IMG/VR virus record: IMGVR_UViG_3300036770_007174
Location: 1-64,000 of that record
From: a virus
DNA: 64,000 bases
Reading direction: 5' to 3' (one strand)
The notes below the pieces were generated by a model. It was given only the letters and a program-made list of their open reading frames with translations. It did not search any database and had not been told where the DNA came from. A program made the translations under genes and the position numbers. The first letter of the stretch is position 1. The number at the start of each line of letters is the position of its first letter. Below are positions 54,685-62,649 of the stretch, piece after piece.

Positions 54685-55614
54685 ATGGTCGCTCTGCCTC
54701 CTCCCCCCGAACTGACCGTCGCGGCGATCTATGCCGCGTACGAAGCCGACAGCGCCGATGGGTATCGCGCCCATCTCGGCGCGTCGGTGATCGGGGGCAC
54801 CTGTGACCGGGCCATCTGGTATGGCTTCCGGTGGGCAGGCCGGGCGCGGCACACCGGCCGGCTGCTGCGGTTGTTCGAGACCGGGAATTTGGCGGAGGCG
54901 CGCTTCGTCGCCAATCTCCGCCGCATCGGTGTCACCGTGCTCGACCTCGACCCGAGCACCGGACGGCAGTGGACGCTTCGCGACGCCACGGGCCACTTCG
55001 GTGGCAGCATGGACGCGGTGGCCATCGGCCTGCCGGAGGCGCCGAAGACCTGGCACGTCTGCGAGTTCAAGACGCATAGCGAGAAGTCGTTCCTCGCCCT
55101 GCAGAAGGACGGCGTCGCCGCCTCGAAGCCAGCACACTGGACGCAGATGCAGGTCTATATGCACCTCGCCGGCCTCGATCGGGCCTTCTATCTCGCGGTC
55201 AACAAGAATACCGACGAGCTCTACCAGGAGCGCGTGCGCGCCGACGGGGAGGCTGGCCTCCGCCTCCTGGCCAAGGCCGAGCGCATCATCCTGGCGGCGC
55301 GCCCACCGGCCCGCATCAGCGACGATCCCACCTGGTGGCAATGCCGGTTCTGCGACCACCATGCGCTCTGCCACGGCGATGCCATGCCGGAGCGCCATTG
55401 CCGCTCCTGCCTCCACAGCACACCGGTCGCAGACGGCCAGTGGCACTGTGCCCGGCACGCGTGCCTGCTGTCGCTGGACGACCAGCGCCGCGGTTGTGCC
55501 GCCCACCTGCTGATCCCCGACCTGGTCCCAGGCCTGCAGACCGATGTCGGTGAGGACTGGGTGAGCTATCGCATGTCGGACGGCGCGGAATGGCGCGACG
55601 GGGTGCCAGCATGA
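54685..55614 (+). CDS. Cas4/AddB-like PD-(D/E)xK exonuclease with Fe-S cysteines
   Basis: GTCDR, GSMDA, CEFKT, QMQVYM, CRFC-x5-C. Confidence 0.82.
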   Translation: MVALPPPPELTVAAIYAAYEADSADGYRAHLGASVIGGTCDRAIWYGFRWAGRARHTGRLLRLFETGNLAEARFVANLRRIGVTVLDLDPSTGRQWTLRDATGHFGGSMDAVAIGLPEAPKTWHVCEFKTHSEKSFLALQKDGVAASKPAHWTQMQVYMHLAGLDRAFYLAVNKNTDELYQERVRADGEAGLRLLAKAERIILAARPPARISDDPTWWQCRFCDHHALCHGDAMPERHCRSCLHSTPVADGQWHCARHACLLSLDDQRRGCAAHLLIPDLVPGLQTDVGEDWVSYRMSDGAEWRDGVPA

Positions 55615-57194
55615 CCATTTCCCTGCGCCCATATCAGCGCGCCGCCGTTGACGCGCTATATGCCTACTTCGCCGAGCACACCGGCAACCCGCTGGTCATC
55701 ATGCCAACCGGGACCGGCAAGTCCGTCGTCATCGCCGGCTTCATCCGACAGGCCATTGAAAGCTACCGCGACACGCGGGTGCTGGTCCTGACCCACGTCA
55801 AGGAGCTGATCCAACAGAATTTCCTGGCGCTGATGCGCGCCTGGCCCGAGGCGCCTGCCGGCATCTACTCAGCGGGTCTCTCCCGCCGCGACATCCGCGC
55901 GCAGATCCTGTTCGCCGGAATCCAGTCGATCCACCGCCACGCCTACAAGGTGCAGCGGTGCGACCTGGTGTTGATCGACGAGGCGCACCTGCTCGGCCGC
56001 AGCGACAGCGGCATGTATCGCTCCTTCCTGACCCAACTGAACGAGATCAATGCCGGCATGCTGAAGGTCGTCGGCTTCACCGCTACGCCCTACCGCCTGG
56101 ACAGCGGGATGCTGCACGAGGGCAAGGATCGGCTATTCACCGACATCGCCTACGAGGTGCCGGTGCTGGACATGATCCAGCAGGGATACCTCTCGCCGGT
56201 CGTCCCGAAGCAGACCGACACCCAGCTCGATGTCGCCGGCGTCGGCAGCCGCGGCGGCGAGTTCATCGCCAAAGACCTCGAAGCTGCCGTGGATCGCGAC
56301 GAGGTCACGCAGGCAGCCGTCTCCGAGATCGTGCAGCATGGCGAGGGGCGCGGCTCCTGGCTGGTGTTCTGCGCGGGCGTTGCTCATGCCCTCCACGTCC
56401 GTGACGCGATCCGCGAGCACGGCATCACCTGCGAGACCGTCACCGGCGACACCCCGGGGCCCGAGCGCGATCGTATCCTCGCTGCTTTCAAGGCGGGGCG
56501 GCTGCGCTGCGTCACCAACGCCAACGTGCTGACCACCGGATTCGACGCCCCCGGCGTGGACCTCATCGCCCTGCTACGCCCCACCAAAAGTGTCGGCCTC
56601 TATGTCCAGATGGTTGGCCGCGGCACCCGCCTCGCCGAGGGCAAGGAAGATTGCCTGGTCCTCGACTTCGCCGGCAACACGGCTCGGCACGGTCCGATCG
56701 ACATGGTCGACGGCAGGAAGAAGGAACCCGCCGGCGACGGCGCGGCGCCCATCAAGGTCTGTCCCGACTGCCAGACCATCAACCACGCCAGCACGCGGCA
56801 GTGCATCGAATGCGATCACGAGTTCCCGCCGCCGGTTGTGAATGTGTCGGCAGTCGCCGCAACTAATGCGCTGCTGTCAACGCAAATCCAAGCCACATGG
56901 TGCGATGTGACCGGCGTCAGCTACGCCGTCCACGAGAAGCCCGGCAAGCCGGCCTCACTTCGCGTCACCTATGAAAGTGGGCTGGCGCGGCACAGTGAAT
57001 GGGTGTGCTTCGAGCATACCGGCTTTCCACGACAGAAGGCCGTGGCGTGGTGGCGACATCGTGCGCCGCACTTGCCGGCACCCTCCACCGTCCAGGAGGC
57101 GATGCGGCACCAAGACGACCTTCGACAGCCCATCGCCATCCAGACCCGCCCGGCGGGCCAGTACATCGAGATCGTCAGCATGAGGTTCGTGTGA
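55611..57194 (+). CDS. SF2 DEAD/DEAH helicase (RadD/YejH-like)
   Basis: LRPYQ, PTGTGKS, DEAH, TATP, TTGFDAP, QMVGRG, CPDC/CIEC. Confidence 0.92.
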   Translation: MTISLRPYQRAAVDALYAYFAEHTGNPLVIMPTGTGKSVVIAGFIRQAIESYRDTRVLVLTHVKELIQQNFLALMRAWPEAPAGIYSAGLSRRDIRAQILFAGIQSIHRHAYKVQRCDLVLIDEAHLLGRSDSGMYRSFLTQLNEINAGMLKVVGFTATPYRLDSGMLHEGKDRLFTDIAYEVPVLDMIQQGYLSPVVPKQTDTQLDVAGVGSRGGEFIAKDLEAAVDRDEVTQAAVSEIVQHGEGRGSWLVFCAGVAHALHVRDAIREHGITCETVTGDTPGPERDRILAAFKAGRLRCVTNANVLTTGFDAPGVDLIALLRPTKSVGLYVQMVGRGTRLAEGKEDCLVLDFAGNTARHGPIDMVDGRKKEPAGDGAAPIKVCPDCQTINHASTRQCIECDHEFPPPVVNVSAVAATNALLSTQIQATWCDVTGVSYAVHEKPGKPASLRVTYESGLARHSEWVCFEHTGFPRQKAVAWWRHRAPHLPAPSTVQEAMRHQDDLRQPIAIQTRPAGQYIEIVSMRFV

Positions 57195-57793
57195 TGTCCG
57201 CACCATGGAGAAGGCCAACAGACACGGCGCCTGCGCCGCCGGTCCCGATGACCGAGGCAGAAAAGGTGGCCGACAAGAAGAGAAGGAATCGGGAAGCGCA
57301 GGAGCGATATCGCGAGGCGAATCGCGAGAAGATCCTGGCGAGGCAAAGGGAATACCGCGCCGCCAACCCAGAGAAGACCCGACTGCAGCGAGAGCAGTCG
57401 ATGAAGCGCTGGAAGGAACGTAATCCGGAGAAGGCCATCGCCAAGTACGTTCTGCGGTACGAAGCCGTTGGGGATCGCGAGCGTGCGGCGTCCCGGCTGC
57501 GGGCGCAGGAGAGACGCGAGCGGGATCGCGAGGCCGCGCGGGAATATGACCGGAAGTATCGAGCCGAAAACTTGGAGCGGATGAGAGCTCAGGCACGTGC
57601 ACGTTACGCGCGCAGAAAGCAGTTGAAGGCGGCCGGTGGCAATGCGCAGCGAACCGATGGCATGCCGGACGTGTGGGAATCCAGCACGGCACTGGGACTG
57701 GTTCCGCCGCGAGCGCGGCCTGCGGGCGCACTGGACCGTGCCGACCTGCTCGCGGGTGTGCCTCGAGATCCGGAAGGAGCGGCGGATGGTTGA
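57194..57793 (+). CDS. Arg/Glu/Lys-rich helical protein, possible HNH-gene remnant
   Basis: TGATG coupling; YREANREKILARQREYRAANPEK-type repeats; 3' end overlaps the next gene. Confidence 0.45.
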   Translation: MSAPWRRPTDTAPAPPVPMTEAEKVADKKRRNREAQERYREANREKILARQREYRAANPEKTRLQREQSMKRWKERNPEKAIAKYVLRYEAVGDRERAASRLRAQERRERDREAAREYDRKYRAENLERMRAQARARYARRKQLKAAGGNAQRTDGMPDVWESSTALGLVPPRARPAGALDRADLLAGVPRDPEGAADG

Positions 57794-58007
57794 TCCAAAC
57801 GAGTTCGAACTCGCCGCCATGCGCCGCGCTGGCGAGGCCGCGGGCGAGTTCATCGACGCCCTCGGCCGCACCGACATGGCGCGGTGGACGCCGGCGGAGT
57901 GGGTCAGCTTCGTGGAAACGATCTGCGGCGCGTACGTCGATGCGCTGATCGACCAACAGGTCGCGGTCAATGCCGCGGCGACCAAGGTGCAAGGGCTGCC
58001 GGGATGA
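57657..58007 (+). CDS. DUF6511-like protein
   Basis: CRTC...CSRVC followed by MVDPNEFELAAM...AGEFIDALG. Confidence 0.65.
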   Translation: MACRTCGNPARHWDWFRRERGLRAHWTVPTCSRVCLEIRKERRMVDPNEFELAAMRRAGEAAGEFIDALGRTDMARWTPAEWVSFVETICGAYVDALIDQQVAVNAAATKVQGLPG

Positions 58008-60334
58008 GCGAGCCGAGCTTCATGGCCCGGTTCGGCGCCCAGTTGGTGGACAACGGCTACGCGGTGATCCCGATTATGCCGGGCAGCAAGGTGCCCGGCC
58101 GGTTCACCAGGGGACGCTGGCTCCCCTACACCGGATGGACGAAGCACGCCGATCGCGCCACCACGCTCGACGAGATCGAGATCTGGTCGTCCTGGCCGGA
58201 CTGCGGCGTCGGCATCGCGACCGGCGGCACGGTGGCACTCGACATCGATGTGCCCGATGCCCCTACCGCGCATGCGCTCACCGACTTGGCCGTCCAGCAT
58301 CTCGGCGCGACGCCGTGCCTGCGGATCGGCCAGGCACCGAAGCGGCTGCTGCTCTACCGGACCGAGAGACCCTTCGCCGGGCGGAAGCGGGCCCCGCTAG
58401 AGGTCCTCGCCCACGGCCAGCAGTTCGTCGCCTACGCCATCCACCCCGGCACCGGGCAACCCTATTCCTGGCCCGATGAGAACCCGCTCGACGTGCCCTG
58501 GGACGCATTGCCGGTGTTCACTGAGGAGCAGGTTCTGGCATGGCTCGATGCCGCCCATGCGGCGGTGCCATCCGACCTGAGGCCCAAATCCCTCGCCGGC
58601 GCGGCCGCCCCCACGGTCTGGCGTGGTCCATCCGATCCCCGCGGCACCTATGACGCCGTCGCCGCCGCACTCGCCTGGATCCCAAACGACGATCTCGACG
58701 GGCATTCCTGGATCACCATCGGCAACGCCATCAAGGCGGCTCTGGGGGAGGAGGGGCGGCAGTTGTGGCTCGACTGGTCGAAGTCGAGCGCCAAGTCGGG
58801 CGCCTCGGGGCGAGGCGATACGCCGGAGCGCCGCTGGGCCACCCTGCGGCCGCACAGCGTCGGCGCCGGCAGGATCTATGGCCTGGCCATCGACCGCGGT
58901 TGGGTGCCGCCGCCCGAGGTCACGCTGAATGGCGACGCTGCCGAGCGGGCAAAGGAGGCACACCCCGCATCCGCGTTTCTGAAGAGGCTGGCACACAGCA
59001 CGCAGCAACCAGACAAGCCCCTCCCCTACCGCGTCCCTCCCGAATTGCTGGCGGTGGATGGTGCGCTGAAGCTGTTCGTCGATTACGCCACCGCCACGGC
59101 TGTCAGCCCGCAGCCCTTCCTCGCCCTTGGCGCCGCTCTCTGCCTGGCCGGCACCCTGGCTGGCCGCCGCTACTGCACGCCGACGGATCTGCGCAGCAAC
59201 CTCTATGCCGTGGGCATTGCCGACAGCGGTGGCGGCAAGGATCACGCCCGGCGCTGTACAAAGCGCGTGCTGCTGGCCGCCCACCTGGAACGATACCTCG
59301 GCGGCGAGGACCTCGCCTCTTCGGCAGGGCTGCTGTCGTCCTTGCAGCTGCACCCGGCCCGGCTGTTCCAGCTGGACGAATTCGGCCAGTTCCTGAAGCT
59401 TGTGCTGGCGCCGCGCGCACCCTTCCACAAAGCCGCGATCTGGTCCGAACTCACCAAGCTCTACACCTCGGCGGCAGAGCCCTACATCGGCACCGAGTAC
59501 GCCGACCAGGGCAAGCGTCCGCGCGTGACCATCGAGCAACCCTGTGCCTGCCTGTGGGGTGTGACCGTCCCTGGCCCGTTCTGGACGGCGCTGGAAGGTG
59601 GGGCCCTGGCCGATGGCTCGCTCGCCCGATTCCTGGTGTTCCTCACGGAGGACGACTACCCGGAGCGCAACGAGACGCCTGCCGCGTTGGACCCTCCTGC
59701 GGAACTGATCGCCGCTCTCCAAGCCATCGCCGCCGGTGCCGTGGATCATGACTACGGCGGGAACCTCGCTTCCATCATGGAGGCGAACGCCGCCATCAGG
59801 CCCTACACGGTGCCCCTGACGCCAGGAGCCGTGACCGCGATGGCGGCGGTGCGACGAGAGGCGACGGCGAAACTCCGCGCCCATCGCGGCACTCCGGCCA
59901 CGGCGCTATTCGGGCGCCAGGCTGAGAACACGGCGAAGCTGGCACTGCTGGCCGCCGTCAGCCGCAACCCGGCGCGGCCCGTCACCGAGGCGCACGACGT
60001 CACCTGGGCAGCGCGCCTGGTGGAGCACTGCATCGCCACCATGCTGCGGGAAGCCGATCGGCGCGTCGCCGACACCCCGGCGGAGAGCCGCGTGAAGAAA
60101 GTGCTCGAGGTGATCCGTGCCGCAGGGAGGATCAGCCGGAGCGACTTCGCGCGAAAGACCCAGTTCCTCACCCGGCACGAGCGCGAGGAGGCAGTGACCC
60201 TACTGCTGGAGAGCCGGCAGATCGCCCTCGTCGAAGTGCCGGGCGCGAAGGGGCCGGCCACAGGGTGGCTGTCGGCAGTGCCGGACCTTGAAGAGTTGGC
60301 CGAGATTGAAGGGAGGGCACGTGCAGGTGTCTGA
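58004..60334 (+). CDS. Prim-Pol / PriCT-2 / DUF3987 primase-helicase
   Basis: GIATG...ALDID, QFVAYAIHP, WITIGNAIK...WSKSS, SGGGKD, DEFG, ARFL. Confidence 0.88.
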   Translation: MSEPSFMARFGAQLVDNGYAVIPIMPGSKVPGRFTRGRWLPYTGWTKHADRATTLDEIEIWSSWPDCGVGIATGGTVALDIDVPDAPTAHALTDLAVQHLGATPCLRIGQAPKRLLLYRTERPFAGRKRAPLEVLAHGQQFVAYAIHPGTGQPYSWPDENPLDVPWDALPVFTEEQVLAWLDAAHAAVPSDLRPKSLAGAAAPTVWRGPSDPRGTYDAVAAALAWIPNDDLDGHSWITIGNAIKAALGEEGRQLWLDWSKSSAKSGASGRGDTPERRWATLRPHSVGAGRIYGLAIDRGWVPPPEVTLNGDAAERAKEAHPASAFLKRLAHSTQQPDKPLPYRVPPELLAVDGALKLFVDYATATAVSPQPFLALGAALCLAGTLAGRRYCTPTDLRSNLYAVGIADSGGGKDHARRCTKRVLLAAHLERYLGGEDLASSAGLLSSLQLHPARLFQLDEFGQFLKLVLAPRAPFHKAAIWSELTKLYTSAAEPYIGTEYADQGKRPRVTIEQPCACLWGVTVPGPFWTALEGGALADGSLARFLVFLTEDDYPERNETPAALDPPAELIAALQAIAAGAVDHDYGGNLASIMEANAAIRPYTVPLTPGAVTAMAAVRREATAKLRAHRGTPATALFGRQAENTAKLALLAAVSRNPARPVTEAHDVTWAARLVEHCIATMLREADRRVADTPAESRVKKVLEVIRAAGRISRSDFARKTQFLTRHEREEAVTLLLESRQIALVEVPGAKGPATGWLSAVPDLEELAEIEGRARAGV

Positions 60335-60506
60335 AAACGCTACCAACCACTACTTTTCAACTCTTCACGCGCGCGCATATCGCGGACGGAAGGGTACGTG
60401 CGGGAGAACCCCGTTTGAAGAGTTGAATAGTAGTATATATAGAAATTATATAATTATATCAGCTCCCTACGGGACTCCCACCCCCCCACACGTCACTACT
60501 CTTCAA
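60288..60506. other. putative replication origin
   Basis: 18/19 inverted repeat 60349-60367 / 60416-60434; TGAAGAGT copies at 60289 and 60498 (reverse complement); AT-rich 60425-60460. Confidence 0.55.
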
Positions 60507-60529
60507 GGGCGGCATCCCAGGGGGCGGTC

Positions 60530-60757
60530 GTGAGCATCCCTGGCGCACCCCGTCCGCCACGGTCCAGCCTGCATCGCGCCGGCAGCCCCACCAGCACCGC
60601 AGACCTCGAAGCCATGCGTGCAGCTGCCTGGCACCGCCATGGCGTGGCCGCCCTGCCCATCCACGACATTACCGACCCCTGGCTGCGCCAGGCCATCACC
60701 AACGAAGCCACCCGCCGCTGGGGGCGTCGCAAGGAGGGACAGACCGATGGCCGCTAG
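60530..60757 (+). CDS. hypothetical protein
   Basis: MRAAAWHRHGV...DPWLRQ; overlaps next gene. Confidence 0.55.
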   Translation: MSIPGAPRPPRSSLHRAGSPTSTADLEAMRAAAWHRHGVAALPIHDITDPWLRQAITNEATRRWGRRKEGQTDGR

Positions 60758-61295
60758 GAAGAACCGCCGGAAGAGCCCTGTCATCCTGGAGGACCTGTCC
60801 AAGCCATCGCAGTGGCGGTTGCAGCATGGCTCCTTCTCCGAGCCAGTCCGTGAGCCAGACCCGGAGAGCGGCGTGCCCCGGGCGCATCGCTATGCCATCG
60901 ACACGCTCGGCACCATGCTCGGTAACGGCACGATCACCGCCGAGATGCACGACGCGGGTGCGCTGTTCCGCCGGCACTTCCGTGCCGCCGCACTCGATCC
61001 GCTGCGTGGCATGTCGCTGCTCAAGATCCCGGGCGGCAGCGGCGACTCCCTCACCGAGCAGCAGCACTCCGGCCGGCGACGCGTGGCCGAGGCCATGGAA
61101 GCATTGGGCGGCTTCAACAGCGCCGGCGCATCCTGCGTCTGGCACGTGGTCGGCCTAGAATTCTCGATCACCGAATGGGCGCGCCGCCACGGGTGGGGTG
61201 GACGTCCGGTCGGCGCGACACAGGCCCAGGGCATGCTGGTCGTGGCGCTCGGTGTGTTGGCCGGTCACTATGGATTGACTCGATCCATCCAATAG
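60747..61295 (+). CDS. putative late-gene regulator (DUF6456-like)
   Basis: GTITAEMHDAG, VWHVVGLEFSITEWA, LGVLAGHYG; occupies the Q-like position after replication genes. Confidence 0.55.
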   Translation: MAARKNRRKSPVILEDLSKPSQWRLQHGSFSEPVREPDPESGVPRAHRYAIDTLGTMLGNGTITAEMHDAGALFRRHFRAAALDPLRGMSLLKIPGGSGDSLTEQQHSGRRRVAEAMEALGGFNSAGASCVWHVVGLEFSITEWARRHGWGGRPVGATQAQGMLVVALGVLAGHYGLTRSIQ

Positions 61296-61342
61296 GACGG
61301 AATTGATTCTTAGGTGACATCACGTCGCACTCCGCACCTCGA

Positions 61343-62350
61343 ATGAACAATATCATGATGGCTAGCACAGCACAGAATAGACGCCCTCAACGGCTCATCT
61401 TAGACACCAATGTGTGGCGATACATCGTAGACGGTAATGCCATTCCAAACTTACTGAAACACACCCGAAAATATGATGTGGACATCCTAATCACACCTAG
61501 TGTTCTGTACGAAGCAATTAGGTCTGTAGATATTAATCTCCGCCAAAATCTTGTTTCTTCGATGACTATGCAGAAGTGGTGCCGCCTCATGCCTGAGGCA
61601 TTTTCTGAAAGCCAAGAATTGTTGGAGGAAATTCGACGCGTTAGACCAGATTGGTTAAAAATTCCAAAGCAACCTCAGAAATTCATCCGACTGCGATATG
61701 ATTGGAGTCGAAGGAGCGGAGGATTTTGGGATCGTGCACGATTTAATACTGACCAAGAGGCTTCTTATATTTTTATGAGCAACGGCGACCTGGAAATTGC
61801 ACGCGAAGGGGCGCGCAACCGACGTGATGACTTGAAAAACTCGTCGTGGAAAGAGTCGCATCCATTGAAAGACGTGTGGGTCGATTTGCCTGTGCGCCCC
61901 GCGGGGTGGGCCAATAAGCCTGTTGAGGCCTGGCGAGCATTGGGTTGGATGGCGACAGGTAATGCCATATCGCGCGGGGATCATCCTTATCGTGAATGGC
62001 TATCAGACTTCGTTGATTTAGATAAGATTCAATTCGATTCGACAGGATGGGTCAAACTATGGCTTTCCGACATCGGTTTGCACAGAATGCCACGCGCTTG
62101 GCTTCGATGGGCATTTGAGCATTTACAACAGTTCAGAAAAGTCACCGATGGCGCGCCATGCGACGTTCAGCTCGCGACATACTTGCTCGATGCCGATTGT
62201 GTCGTTTCAGCCGACAAGACCTTCATCCAGTTGGTAGAGCGTGTCCGAACCGAGGCTCCGTTCACCATCGCTAGGGGCATATGCGTGCCAGGTGGCATTC
62301 CAGGGATAAAAGCGCTCTTTGAAGTGATGTCGACGTGCGGGCAGCGCTAA
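61343..62350 (+). CDS. PIN-domain-like protein, low-GC moron
   Basis: LILDTNVW, YEA, DVQL...VSADKTF; AT-richer than flanks. Confidence 0.65.
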   Translation: MNNIMMASTAQNRRPQRLILDTNVWRYIVDGNAIPNLLKHTRKYDVDILITPSVLYEAIRSVDINLRQNLVSSMTMQKWCRLMPEAFSESQELLEEIRRVRPDWLKIPKQPQKFIRLRYDWSRRSGGFWDRARFNTDQEASYIFMSNGDLEIAREGARNRRDDLKNSSWKESHPLKDVWVDLPVRPAGWANKPVEAWRALGWMATGNAISRGDHPYREWLSDFVDLDKIQFDSTGWVKLWLSDIGLHRMPRAWLRWAFEHLQQFRKVTDGAPCDVQLATYLLDADCVVSADKTFIQLVERVRTEAPFTIARGICVPGGIPGIKALFEVMSTCGQR

Positions 62351-62473
62351 ATCTGTCGAGCGCTACATCTTCGCACTCCCCAGCAAAACTGGGATCATGT
62401 AGTTTCTCGATAGTCGCTGTTGGTGGGCCACCGGCCCCGACGGCATTGAGCCTACCCAACCTGCATCGATCCC

Positions 62474-62548
62474 ATGGTTCCTTCCTGGGCCGGATCGATG
62501 CGGGGGGACTGCGCGCGATAGACCCCTAGCGCCAGGTCTCAATTTTGG
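62474..62548 (+). other. lambda-like cos site candidate
   Basis: GGTTCCTTCC (cosQ-like), then TGCGGGGGGACTGCGCGCG (cosN-like), then CAATTTT. Confidence 0.45.
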
Positions 62549-62649
62549 TGCGCGGTGCGCAGACACCACCAATCAGCCCGCGGAATTCCGCCACTTCTGA
62601 CCGCGCCTTTCCGCGCGCGGTTCGCACTCACTGCAACCCGGATGTTCCC

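Noticed and set aside
54685-55614. Cas4-like gene suggesting CRISPR-Cas
   Set aside because: Sits in a standard Sak4-SSB-exonuclease-helicase module; I saw no cas1/cas2 or repeat-spacer array in the window
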